A stretch of 57,984 bases of DNA, the filler included, from Ionaspis alba (Eukaryota), in NCBI GenBank assembly GCA_964255285.1. It is 6 parts of 6 records of this genome, joined end to end, with 100 filler letters (N's around TTAATTAATTAA, not from the genome) between each part and the next. Parts side by side here need not be neighbours in the genome. Positions count along the whole stretch, not along the records: positions 19,422 to 29,006 come from CAXUUL010000663.1; positions 29,107 to 38,691 come from CAXUUL010000664.1; 4 more parts are not named here. One strand, given 5' to 3'. Below the pieces are notes generated by a model. The model was not told where the DNA came from, searched no databases, and was given only the letters and a program-made list of their open reading frames with translations. The position numbers were made by a program, and so were the translations under genes. Shown piece after piece: positions 23,178 to 36,037 of the stretch. The stretch's first letter is position 1. The number at the start of each line of letters is the position of its first letter.

Positions 23178-24346
23178 CGCTGCAGTATGACTGGTACTAT
23201 TGAGGAAGACTTTAGTAAGCAGACGTGCTGAAATAGGGTGGAGTTACTTGCATTGAGTGCGAGGAAGCAGCAAATTTGACGCGAATGTGCTGACTCGTGA
23301 TGCAGAGACTTGTTATGATCAGCTCAACTATCGCCCGCGGAACAATCTGCAATGTGGGAGCGTTACCTACAATCTGCTGACTCGCTTTACACTTGCTATA
23401 CAAAACAGTGTTAGGGACCAAAGTCCTTGTGCCAGAAGTGTCAGGCTTTGGGAGTATCAAAATTGCAGTCTCGGTACGGTTGTAGTATTCAGCAACCTCG
23501 GAGTCAGACGGGAAGACAGCAAGAAGGACTTATAGCTTGATGACGGGAGTGCCGCCCACTAGTCTGGCTATTTCACATCGGAAGCGGGCAACATTGCATT
23601 AGCGTGGAAATGTTAATACGCTAGAATGGCATTGTGCTACCAATGTGAATCGGTACTTTCCGTTGCAACATATGGCATAGGCCACATCTCAGTCAGTCAT
23701 TTATAGCCTGAGCAGAGCCATTCAAGCCTGGGGCTAGAAACGAGAATCGAATTAGGTGCGTCATGACACAAATCAAGAAGATTGATTCAAGCTTCGCAAT
23801 AGACTAGGGCTTTAAAAGCGACATCGATAAAAGATGGATAAGCATGATCAGGGAAGATGAGTAGACACCTGAAGTTTGCTTTGTCAAACACTGGACTGCT
23901 TGCAAGTGTCAAAAACACCGCATCATTTTGCAAATCGTGATTGCGCACGAGAGTTTTGTCACTGAAGCCTCTGACTGCACTGTATCCGTGGAGCAGAGTC
24001 CGGGGCCAATCGCCGTCTACCCTGCCCAGACTCCATTTCCTCGTCCATAGGCCAACCAATCCATCAAGCAGAACAAGAGCAGGCCCATTGCCTGCTTTTC
24101 GAATGGGTAAAGTCGTCCTGAGAGCCCAAGCCTTTGGCTGGGGAAACTTTGAATGGCGAATGCGTCGCCGTTGGAGACATTGTGGCAGTCCCATTGTGAA
24201 CAATACCAAGGCCCACCCAAGGGGTGGCCTTACCGGTACTGCCAGATAGCAATGCCGGCTGCCTGAGCCATGATCTGTCTGATCAAGGGTTCCTTGAAGC
24301 TCGTTGTCTTCCGTCTAGTCGTCAATTCGTGGCAAGTCATAAGGAT

Positions 24347-25742
24347 CTACTGCTCAGTCGCAAGTATCATCTTTTCCCTTTCGCTTCTCCGCTTCACCAA
24401 ACCCTTCTTGCTATGCTTTCTCTCATTCTCCTGCTTTCTCTTGATACTCTTCAATTCCTCCGCCTTGATTTCCCCGGCCTTCTTGACTTGCTTAGGTAGA
24501 TGTCTGTGTCTCTTGATCCTCCGAATCTCAGGCATGTGTTTATATCTCTCTTTCAGAGCTTCGTCGTACTCAAGCTTCTGTCGGTGACTGGCAGACTTGA
24601 TGCCTTCACGCTTGGAAGCATGAGCACGCCAAAGCCTGATGTTGCCATCATCCGAGCCTGTAAGAAGGAAGTTCGAGTCAGGAGTAAACTTTGCGGAGAA
24701 AACTCTCTGCATTCTCTTAGTGTGGTAAATATCTCTCGAGTGTCCTCCAGATCGATCCCAAAGTCGCACGGTTCGATCATACGAAGCACTTACGAGCTCT
24801 TCCCCTGTGGGGCTGAACTCAACATCCATCACTGCGGCGACATGGTCCTTCAATACATTCAAAGCGCGATCGAGCTTCCTCATATCAAAGATGTAGATAT
24901 TGTGGTCCTCATTCGCTGCAGCGAAATTGAATGCTTCCATAGGGTTCCACGCAAGAGCATTGGATGCTAGAGCTAGGGTGACCTTTGACAGGGGTGACGA
25001 GGTGCGGAGATCATAGAGGACAATAGAGCGATCTGTTGCGGTGGAGACTAGTATCGAGGTTTCTACCTGGTTGAAGGACAAGGCATTGATAGTGTCCGCA
25101 GAGGTCGGCCAATGTAGGGTTTGCAGGGGTGCTGCAGTAGCCCTCGAGAGATCGTAGATTGATATCACACTCGAGGAAGCTGCAAAGTTCGGTAGCGAGC
25201 GGTGATGCGATAGCCCTGTGAAAGAGTTCTGTCCTAGATATGTCGCAACGGGAGTTGCCCCCGAAGCAGTGTCGTATGGATCGAACAGCTTGATGGTCTT
25301 GTCACTGGCACACGAAAGCAATTTCTTGTCCTTCGTCCAGCACATTCCCTTCACTATTCCTTCATGCGCTTGCGCATTCCAAATCTCTTCGCGGCTTGTC
25401 AGGTCCCAGACCTTCACGACCCCATCTCCGCTCCCGCTTGCGAATCGTTGCAGGGACTCCGGGTCCTTCGCCATCGTGTAGACGCCATCGACATGCCCCT
25501 TTCCTAGCTGCGCTATGAAGGGAGCGGCAAACATGCGCTCCAATTTCGTAGCATTGAGAGCACGAGTATATTCTCTGGCGCGCTCAAAGGGGTGGAGAGC
25601 AGAATCGAGATTACGAGGTTGTCGAGCTACATTTGAACCCGGAGTTTGGTGGGCAGCCGTAGGACGGCTTAGCACCTTTATTTTCTGCACAAGGTGTTAG
25701 ATAATTTGGTCCTGGCCATAAAAGGAACTTTTTCTATACCAT
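24347..25742 (-). CDS. SOF1: U3 snoRNP/SSU processome WD40 protein Sof1 (DCAF13)
   Basis: HPFERAREYTRALNATKLERMFA, WD repeats and C-terminal EIRRIKRHRHLPK. The ATG (25742-25740) is followed by a GTATAG...CAG intron (25685-25739). Confidence 0.96.
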
Positions 25743-25983
25743 GGCAGAAGATTTCCCCGTCTCATGAATGCTTCAGAGATTGGTTACCAAAGTTCACATG
25801 CGTTCATTATTATTGGGGAATTCTAGATTATATCGGCGTTCGCTTCAACTTTTACCCGCTTCGGACATGGCTCGGCGCGATCTGAAGCTCCAAGGCGTGT
25901 CAAGCGCTCCGCAACGCCATTTTCTCTGAAGTCCACAGCCATATTCCTCTAACCTGTTCGACTCCCGAACCCCAGCTTCCATC

Positions 25984-27360
25984 ATGGCGCCTCAGCCAGT
26001 GAGTACGAAGCGGATTGACGAGGCACAGAAATTGGCGAAAGATGAGCCCGCAAAAGCTGAAGCAATATACAAAGATATCCTCTCCAAGGGCCCAGGGTCA
26101 GGCGAAACAGCTCTTCGAGAATATGAGGTAGCGTTGATGGGCCTTGGGGAGATATATCGGGATGGCAAAAGACCAAACGAGCTTGCAGAGCTCGTACGAA
26201 CAAGTCGATCAACTCTCTCGTCATTCGCAAAGGCAAAGACGGCTAAGCTAGGTGAGCTCTCAAACCAGTCCCGTTTATACATGTCTCACGTTATCGCAGT
26301 GCGCCAGCTCCTCGATCTCTTCACCACTATCCCCAATACAGTTCCCATACAAATATCCGTCACCAAATCATGTATAGAATGGGCTATCTCAGAACGCCGC
26401 TCCTTCCTACGGCAAAACCTCGAAACCCGTCTCGTCACTCTCCACATGGCTCAGCAATCCTACTACGACGCCCTTACCCTCATCAATAGTCTTCTCAAGG
26501 AGCTCAAACGTCTTGATGACAAGCTCGTCCTCGTCGAAGTGCAGCTTCTCGAATCCCGCGTCTACCATGCTCTGGGGAATCAGCCGAAAGCGAAAGCTGC
26601 TCTGACCTCGGCGCGGACGTCCGCCGCCTCAGTATACACACCTCCGCTGCTGCAAGCCGGTCTGGATATGCAATCTGGCATGTTGCATGCGGAAGATCGT
26701 GACTTCAACACCGCTTTCTCCTACTTTATCGAAGCTCTCGAAGGTTACCATTCTCAAGAATCTACCACCCTCGCCACATCCGCCCTCCAATACATGCTCC
26801 TCTGCAAGATCATGCTTAACCTCTCCGATGATGTGAACCAGCTCATGACCTCGAAACAGGCCCAAAAATACTCTGGGAAGAATCTAGAAGCCATGAAAGC
26901 TGTTGCCCGCGCATACTCCAATCGATCTCTCGAGGACTACGAAAAGTCTCTGTCAGATTACCGGTACGAGCTTGGTTCTGATACGTTCATCCGAAACCAT
27001 CTGCGACGTCTTTATGACAATCTGCTAGAGCAGAATCTAATCAAAGTATGCTTCTCTCCCAAGTAGATGGGAATATTTTGTGCTAAATAGGTATATCAGG
27101 TCATCGAACCCTTCTCGCGCGTAGAAATTGACCACATCGCCAAAATGATCCGTCTGGACACAGTACAGGTGGAGCGCAAGCTCAGCCAGATGATCCTCGA
27201 CAAGGTCATCATCGGGGTATTAGATCAAGGTGCTGGGTGCTTGATTGTCTACGATGAAGCGGAACGGGATCAAGGATACGACGCGGCATTAGAGACTATC
27301 GAGAAGCTAGGCTCAGTAGTTGACGTGCTGTATAGTAATCAGGCGTCGATGTTGGAGTAA
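25984..27360 (+). CDS. RPN6: 26S proteasome lid subunit Rpn6, 3 exons
   Basis: [51 protein letters not shown]...[12 protein letters not shown] (PCI domain). Introns ~26252-26299 and 27046-27099. Confidence 0.96.
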
Positions 27361-27749
27361 AGGTTTAGACAAAATTAGCAGGGAATAATAAAAGGCTTAG
27401 AGCATCGCATCACGGCTGCATAAGTGCGCGGCGATGTTACGGATATCTAATGACAACTAGACCGCTGCGTGCTCGCCCCGTATAGGATCACGTGATTTGC
27501 GAACCCTACATTTGGAGATTCCGCTCGTAAACGGCGAATTTTTCCAAATATTCGATACCAAGAATGTCAATACATCCAGAACCAATTTTAATTGTTTGAC
27601 CCGTTTCCAGAATGGTTGCAATAATTAGCTTCACAACAACATGTAAGTGTTATACAGTTCACTTTATGCCTGGAGTGTGGTATAGTAGTGAGCGAGTCCC
27701 TTCTCACCATTACAGTATGGCTAGATGAACTGATGATCACGACAGAGGA

Positions 27750-28430
27750 TAGGTCATCAATGAACTTCCAACTAAGATCATGTGACAACTAAGCCAGGCA
27801 ATTATCCAGGCAAGGAACCTATAAATATCAGCAGTAGTAGTATTTATCGACGAATTCCCAATAAAGATCATGTGACAGCCGGACTTGGAAATCTTCCAAA
27901 CAGAGATCCAGAGGTAGTGCTGATAGTAGTTATCGACGGATGTCCAACAACAAACACGTGAGGCCCAGATCAAGCATTTTTCCAAGCGCAAAACCTGTAA
28001 GGTGATAATAATGGTTATCGACGAACTTTCCGACAAAGATCACGAGGCCGCCCACTCAGGTAATAGAAGAATCAGTATTTATTAATGGCAATCGTTGAAA
28101 GCCTGAGCTACTCATTTGGGACAGGAATGCAGGACCAGCGGATTGACTGTCCAATGAACCGAGCAATAGTTCATTGAACTTCGTATTAGAGGTTCATTGA
28201 ACCTCTAGCATTTTCCGACAAACATCACGTGACAATCGAAACAGGCAGTTTCACATTCAGCATTGATAGAAGAGGGAGGTATTTTTAGTTATCAATAGGA
28301 TATCCGGCGAAGATCACATGACAACCAGATCAAGCAATTTCAAAAAGTGGAGAAAATTGGGATGCAGATAGGTATATATCGATCGCAATTCCGACAAATA
28401 TCACGTGATCTTCGAATTCGGTAAGAAGAT
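27750..28430. repeat. Degenerate ~87-bp tandem array (about 7 units), each with an E-box-like core
   Basis: Recurring TATCGA(C/T)..TTCCGACAAAGATCA(C/T)GTGAC-like core at ~27776, 27866, 27952, 28038, 28223, 28312 and 28399. Confidence 0.75.
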
Positions 28431-29568
28431 GAAATCAACATGCGCGCAGGCTAGTGCGATTCTATTTCAGCAAGATTTACAATTCCGCTAGATATCCCAG
28501 TGACCTGTTTGAGCAGAGCGATGGCTGACGCAAAGCTGAGATGGCTGTGGCTCCCACGGTCTCGGTGACTGTCAGGGGTGTTAAAGGATCGGTCAGTGGG
28601 AGACGAGCACTGTTGGCACTTTACAAGATAATGCATTCCCAACCACAAACTCATAATTGGCAGATCTGTTGGCCGAGGTAGTGGCTTTAACAAATTTGCG
28701 GTAATGGAAGGTCTTCTCAGTGCTCACTCTGGAAATCCTAATAGAGGACACGGGACCGCCGCAAGGAGTACAGGATAGGCACCAATCCTAAGCAGAGCAG
28801 CTTAACGAACATGGTCATCAAAACCCTATTACAGCGTGGCGAGAAGTTTCCCTAATATTGATCGGAGAGAAGTGCCAAACAGAGGATCACGGGAATCATG
28901 CTCCTATGGCATAGGTTATCTCGTAAGATACCACGTCAGTGAGGCTGGCAAGTCAGAATATCTATTTCCATTCAGAGCTATGTACACACCATATGTACAA
29001 ACCACTNNNNNNNNNNNNNNNNNNNNNNNNNNNNNNNNNNNNNNNNNNNNTTAATTAATTAANNNNNNNNNNNNNNNNNNNNNNNNNNNNNNNNNNNNNN
29101 NNNNNNTGGAGCACGAACAGGGAAAAGGAGGAGCTAGTGCACGTGCGGGCCGCTTCAGCCCGTAGAAGCGTGGCTTTGGAAAGTTTAAGTTTGGTGGCTA
29201 GGCCGAAGAACGGAGCTGCTATTTATTATGTTTCTTACGAAAATCGAGTATCTATTGTGTCAAATCTTATGGGCGCATGCATTGCAGGTTCGCAGATTTG
29301 CGTTTATCGATTGCAATATATAGGCCAGTCTTTCTGCAATAACACGGACAATGGCTGAGCACTGCCTTGTAACCACTGTGCATTCTATTCAGAAAGGGCC
29401 GCCGATGAAAGAACAGCGCGGAGAAATGAAGAAAGAGTCTATGCCCGAATTCCCGTACTCCAGTCTGGTCCATAGACGCAAAGTACAGACACAACCTATT
29501 CCGGTAAAACCTGGAGCTATGCAGAAGTGAATGCTCACATCATGCCGCTAATCGGATTCGGAGCTCCC

Positions 29569-30649
29569 TTAGCAAGCGATATTAAATTTCGGCTTCCGCT
29601 CCGCATCCATAGCACCCCAATGTTTCTCATCCTTCGCCTGGCCATTATCACCGATGCTGTTGGGCTTTCCAGCCTCATCGAATGCCTCGAAATAGAACAC
29701 GTCGAAGCCCCAGTTGAGGACAGCGCAGACGCCGGTTTGGAAGAAGGTTTCGGCATTCTTGGTACCTGCGATCGCGGCTTCGTAGCTATCACCACCTACA
29801 TGGAAGAGTTAGAATGCTAGTAAAGAGTGATGATGTGTAGACGAACCGTCTCCAGGCCAGCCCGTCTCCCCTGTCCAGATCTCAATGTCTGTAGTTCCGG
29901 CTACGTCTTGGATGTGCATGTAAGTTCGGGACATGTCGTCGAAGAAGCTGTGGGAGGCATTCTTGATCTCCTGGCCTTGCCAGTACGAGAAAGCGTTTGC
30001 AAGACTATCATATGAATTAGAAAAGATATTGTGATACCCCCAATGTAATCAAACATACATGAGTTTGACACCGGCTTTAATCAGTGGATCTGCCGTTCCG
30101 TTCGAAAGCGGTACCCAAACGTCTGCGAATCCAACCTTGAAATTTGGAAATTGCTTCTCCACGTCCTGGATCTTCTCGAGGAGCTGTTCCGGCTTCAGAT
30201 CTCCTCTCCAAAGGACCTCCGAGCCAACAGTGATGGCATAGACAGCATCGGCGTTCTTAGAGTCGGATAATGCGCTTTTGAGAGCGGCTTTATCGTTCGA
30301 GAAGTCCGGCTCCACATCAGGCCTATCGGGCAATGATTAGCTCCAAATTAAATAATCGAATTGGTGACGGGTGCCGGGTGCCGGTGACGAACCAAACTCC
30401 CAGAATGACCTTGATTTGTTTGTTTGCTGCTGCAGGAAGTATCTCCTGAGCAGTGTTGCACCCAGCTGAGGTGTACGTCCGGACAATGCTGGTGTGGCCT
30501 TTTAGGGCATCGAAGTCGAGCTCATAATCGGCCTGTTTCTTGCAAGTTCCGTCCGCTCTGAGGTTTCCGAGGGAAAACCCAAGACGGCCGGACGCAGAGA
30601 CCGCCAAAGGAGCGACTGCCAACACAGCAGAGAGGAGGGAGACGCGCAT
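29569..30649 (-). CDS. Secreted GH17 beta-1,3-glucanase/glucanosyltransferase (Bgl2/Bgt1-like), multi-exon
   Basis: Signal peptide MRVSLLSAVLAVAPLAVSA; GTCKKQADYELDF, ITVGSEVLWRGD, GETGWPT-like region, FYFEAFDE and EKHWG; stop at 29569. Confidence 0.9.
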
Positions 30650-30938
30650 GTTTAGAGTCGTTATTCGGGATGATTAAGGAGAGTCGGGTGTTAGAAGAGA
30701 GCCGACGGTCACCGATGAGGAATGACTGGATAAGGTCTGGACGATACTAAAAGAAATCAGACGAGAACAATAGGCGCGATGAAAATGAGTGACGATGAAC
30801 AGATGGAGAAATGAATGATTTCGTTTTGAGGTTGCGCGAAAGAAAGTGAACAGCAGTGGCCAACCACGCCAACATTCGGCCACAGACGGGGCTTGGCGGC
30901 AGAAAGGGGAACTTGCATAAGGCGGGAACTAAAACATG

Positions 30939-31038
30939 NNNNNNNNNNNNNNNNNNNNNNNNNNNNNNNNNNNNNNNNNNNNNNNNNNNNNNNNNNNNNN
31001 NNNNNNNNNNNNNNNNNNNNNNNNNNNNNNNNNNNNNN
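30939..31038. other. Plain 100-N intra-scaffold gap (also 35897-35996 and 43887-43986)
   Basis: 100 Ns without the TTAATTAATTAA linker. Confidence 0.9.
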
Positions 31039-31198
31039 CTGAATGGTTGACCGATGAGAGCAACATCATCACCGTTAACAACCACAACCATTGCCATCAG
31101 TTCTTTCCAAGACCGTCTTGTATATCCAAATCTAAACTTCTATTTCAGAATATATACAAATAATCCACCCCCCAACTGCCCTCATACCTTTCCCTTCC

Positions 31199-34100
31199 TT
31201 ATCCAAACACCCAATTCATCCCTTCACAAGCAACAAGTATCCCCGCAGTCCTCCACATCGCCAGCCCAACGCCCCTGGTCACACTCGCCTCCGACGTAGC
31301 TGAGCTACTACTAGCCGCCGCTCCCATCGTCGAAGTCCCCCCTCCCCCTCCACTTACACTCGTCGCGACGCTTACACCGCTCCCCACCGCTGTACTAAAC
31401 CCAGCAATGATCACACTCCCTAATCCTCTCGACCCCGTCACAGTAGCAACAATCACACCCGTCCCTCCCAATCCAAAACTAACCACCGTCCCATCCACCG
31501 TAGCCACCTGGCCAGGTCTCAATGTCTGGCCGCCGATCACGAAATTCGAGGACGCATCGGCGGTGTAAGTTTTGCTGCCAACAGTGATAAGCTCGGGGAT
31601 CGCGGGCACCGAGGTCGGGATGACAAAAGTGGTTCCGGAGAGGGTAACTACATCGCCTGGATGGACAGTCTGGCCATTTACTACAAAGTTGGAGGAGGCG
31701 TCTGCAGTGAAGGTCTGACTGCCGAGGGTAATCACGCCTGGTGCAACTGGAGCTGGAGTCGGCACGACGAATGTGCTTCCTGAGAGGGTGACTGAGTCGC
31801 CTGGATGAACAGTCTGGCCATTGAAGACGAAGTTCGCTGATGCGTCGGCGGTGAAGGTCTGACCGCCAAGGGTGATGACGCGCGGAGCGGGAGTTGGTTG
31901 CTCTATGGGGACTGCGAATTTTGAACCGGAGATGGTGACGATGCCGCCCGGTGCTACGGTCTGGTCGTTGATAATGAATTTCGAGGAACTGTCGGCAGTA
32001 TATGTCTGTCCTGCGATAGTAACGACTTGAGGTGTGGGCGCTGTGGGAATATAGACGGGAGTACCGGAGATGGTGACCACAGAGCCTGGTTTTGCTGTTT
32101 GGCCGCCGATGATGAAATTGGAAGAGGCGTCGGCGGTGTAGGTCTTGCCTCCTAGGATGATACCTGGGACCGTGGGAGCTGGGGCCGGTGCTGGGGTTGG
32201 AACTTGAATGGGTGAGCCATTTATTGTTACTGTGTCGCCCGCTTTGACGGTTTGACCGTTAACGGTATATTCGGATGCAGCGTTTGCCGTGTACTTCTGG
32301 CCTCCCAGGGTCAGAACTTGAGGCGCGGGAGCAGGCGCCGGCTTAGAGCCAGTGTTTGGAGCTTGGGCGGGTGGTATGGGGATCACAACTGGATTGCCTT
32401 TTATCGTAACGGTATCTCCGGCCTTGACAGTCTGTCCGTTGACATTGTATTGTGATGCCGCATTAGGAGTGTAGCCCTGGCCGTCCAAGGTGACAGGTTG
32501 AGGCGCAGGATTCGGAGTCGGAGGCTGGTTTTGAGCTGGTGCTGGATTTTGACCGGAATTTGGATTTTGAGCTGGCGGTAGCGGAACGATCACCGGAGTC
32601 CCTGCGATTGTGACCACTTCTCCCGGCTTGACTGTCTGTCCTTCTATATTATACTGTGATGCTGCATTGGGCGTATAAGCCTGACCTGCCAATGTGATAA
32701 CTTTCGGAGCAGGGTTTAGGACCGGATTTGCAGCTGGATCGGTTGCTGGGTTTTGAGCAGGTGCCACAGAAATTACTATGGGGGTCGCCGTGACCGTGGG
32801 TATCCCACCGGGGTTTGGAACTGGAGTAGCAGCATTGGTGAAGATAGTTCGATCCGCGCCCGGACTCGCTCCTGGTGCCAGCGGATTACCGATGCTTTCT
32901 GGTGACGACGAACCGCCTCCCGGGGGTTTTGATTGTTGCGGAACAGGAGAGTTTGGAGCTGGAGCTGCTGGCTGGTTTGGATCTACTGGAGCAGGCTTGG
33001 CAGGTTGGTTTGGAGATTTTGGATCAGCAGGTGCAGGGTTTGGAGGCTGGTTTGGAGACTTTGGATCAGCGGGAGCGGGTGCCAGTGGCTGATTCGGAGA
33101 TTGCGGATCCGCTGGAGCAGGCGCAGGATTGTTCACAGGGTCAGCCGGTGCAGGAGTTGGTGCCGGTTTCGGAGCCACTGGCGGCTCCATAGCTGTGGCT
33201 GTTTGCAGCGGTCCTTTCACAGGAGTCGGACTCGGACTGGCTGGTGTCGCAGCGGGTAATGGTGCGGCCAGTGTCGTAGCAGGATCGAGATTCGAGGCGG
33301 GCTTCAAAGCGTGAGGAGGATCGTGGCCTTGAAAGTCGGCGGCTCTGCAGTTGCCGTTCCATTTCGGATCTATGCGGGTGAAGTCCGGGATCGCAGCGAT
33401 GATAGGGTTGTAGCCAATTTCCCCGATGAAGGAAGTGTAGTAATGTGGGTTGGCGAGCGATGAGGGTGGGCAAACAGCATCTGCGAAGTTGAAGGGGAAG
33501 GTTTTTGCAGAGCCGCTTTGTGCGAAGACTACGGTGGAGATTCTCTCAGGAGGGAAGGCCAGCGTGGTGGATGTGTGTATATCGCCTATGTTGCCGCACA
33601 TGTCGTAGGCGCTGATCGTGGGGAAAGCTATATAGACGGATGGAGATGTGCTAGTATTTTCGTTAGCATTGCTTTCCCATAATATTTGGAAGTCTTACAA
33701 AGTGAAGCCATTTTCCACCAAAATTGATTCTCCTGCGCGTTTTATCAAGCGTCGAGGCCGAGCAACCACGCCCGCAGACGACATGTTGAAATTAGATGAG
33801 GGTGCCCTAGACGCAGATGGGAGCGTAGTTGCTGTGCTCGCGTTCAGACATGCAGTGTTTTGCGATGCGACTGGCCAGTAGTAAACAGATACAGAAGGAT
33901 AGAAAAGCTGGCATTGGCCGCAGCTACCACCACAAATCTGATAGGGAGGATTTGGACTAGGATCACCACCCATGATAGGATGCAAAGGTTCGATCAGCGA
34001 AGTAATGGTAGCATAGACAATCGTTGGCCCGGTCAGAGTTTTCGTGACTGCGTTGAGACCAAAGTAGCCTTTCTGAAGACCATCCAGGTATGTGGTGGTT

Positions 34101-34771
34101 ATCGTTATTGGATCGTTCAGAATGGTTTTGAGCTCTCTGTAAGTCACAAGATGATCCGTATTCGTTGTCAGTGGATCATAGGAGCGACAATGGGGATCCT
34201 TGGGATCTGCAACAGGATATATGCCTCCTGGCCAATTGCCGACCACAGTCGCCGTTGCGATCCATGTGGTCGGTCCCGTCAGAGTAGTCGTTTGAAAAGC
34301 TGTCAAGTTGCGGTAACCCCATATCTGGGAACCTGTATCAACCGCTTTTGTGAAAGTTTCGAACGTTGTACTTGTGACATGAGTGGCCGGATTATCGGGA
34401 GTTATGGTAACTGTATAGGTTTCCGTCGAACTTGGCCCTGTGAAAGTATTGGTTTGAACATAAGGCGTGGTCGGTACTGTTGAAGAATAGGAGCTTCTCG
34501 TTGTTGTAGCATCAGAGGCGCCATCCGAGGTGGAGGTCGCCGCTCTGGTAGAGTTGTTGAGGTGCAAGGTAGCAGGAGGACCCAGTGGTTCGCCGGGGGT
34601 AAAGCTATGGGTTGCGAAAAATGAGAGAACTGTAGAACGTTAGCTCGTTGTACAACAGTGGCTCCGTGGAGAGACTGGGGGAATCTCAGAGCAGGACGGA
34701 CAATCTGATATAGCTGCTGCGACAATGGATAGATGAAGTAGGAACGTTGGAAATAGCCACCCGGCTCTCAT
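31199..34771 (-). CDS. Large secreted Pro/Thr-rich, repeat-containing cell-surface protein, probably GPI-anchored, 3 exons
   Basis: Signal peptide MRAGWLFPTFLLHLSIVAAA; Cys-containing domain (CGGSCGQCQLFYPSVSVYYWP); PAPADPKSPNQP repeats; about 8 beta-rich repeats; Ser/Gly-rich stalk and hydrophobic C-terminus. Confidence 0.8.
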
Positions 34772-36037
34772 GATGGGCAATCAATATGCAATGAATCTTG
34801 TGTACATGGATAAAGATCTTTTCCGGCGTGCGGATAAGATACGTAGAGACAGTCTCCCTTCTAAACGCCTAGGCCAATATGGAAAAACAACCACCTAAGC
34901 ACCGATATATGCAATGAGATATGAGACTGAGGATAGGAAAAGGAAACAGAGCTTACGCTCTCATCTTCACATCTCAGCAAAGAGCGACGACCTCCATGTA
35001 ATAACGAGGTTATCCCAAATCCTCGACATCTAGACGAGCTGATGGCGTGTGCGGCATCATGTCTAGCTAGTATAAGCCAGAGCAGGGGAGCATATGCAGT
35101 AGAGCAGAAGATCGAATCGAAATTAAATCACGAGCAGCGAATGACTGCTAAGAACGGCATTATTAGGGGATTCCAGCCCCTGCACGGTTCTGTGACGACG
35201 TTTCACATCCACACCTCTCGTTCACGCCGTGTTCCTGATGCCAAGGCACCGGTGATCGATGCGTGATTGATGTGCGCTGGGCGTGGAAGTTGAGTGGTCG
35301 AGAACCATGGTTCCGCCCCTTGGGAGGCCTGACGAAGCTGACTGACAGAGGCGAGGGCAGAAGGACTTGAACCATTTCCAAGGCAGTGACAAACATCTTT
35401 ACCTTACTACAGTTCTCCAGAACAGTTCATAGCACTTTTTGGATGAGACTTCTACGCTCTTGTGGAAGCTCGGAGGTCGTCGTAATAAACTACACGAACT
35501 GTTGGCTCTAGGGAAAATAAAGATACCAACATCTTCTGCCTTACAAGACATCCAACTGGTAAATGATCTTCTCGCCGAAGCAAAGTATCGCGTGGCCGTA
35601 AGGATTTCTGCCATGGGACACTTCCAGCAGTTCGCGCGGAACTCCTCTTTAGGGCTCACGGCAGTCTCCGTACGAGGGTAGCACATGGGCTTAGCACAGC
35701 CTTCCAACACTGCCTCAATATAGTAAGCCCCTTCATTGGTTGATTACTCGCAAGTTTGATGGAAGACCTAAGAGTTCAACGGCACGAATGGGTAAAGGCT
35801 TTGGGCTTGCGAGCGGTTCGTCGCCAAAGTTTTGCTCTAAATTAATTAGCTGCGAGTAGTAGCTTTACTTTGCGGCCCAATGAACAAGCAAGGTTTNNNN
35901 NNNNNNNNNNNNNNNNNNNNNNNNNNNNNNNNNNNNNNNNNNNNNNNNNNNNNNNNNNNNNNNNNNNNNNNNNNNNNNNNNNNNNNNNNNNNNNNNCGCT
36001 AATCAGGAAACATGCAAAGCGCAAAGTAGGAAACGAA

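Noticed and set aside
23200..24300. Short ORFs between the F-box-like pair and SOF1
   Set aside because: No recognisable motif or consistent splice structure.
27750..28430. Array read as a CRISPR-like repeat-spacer locus
   Set aside because: The units are degenerate and similarity extends into the inter-core sequence; eukaryotic context with no cas genes.
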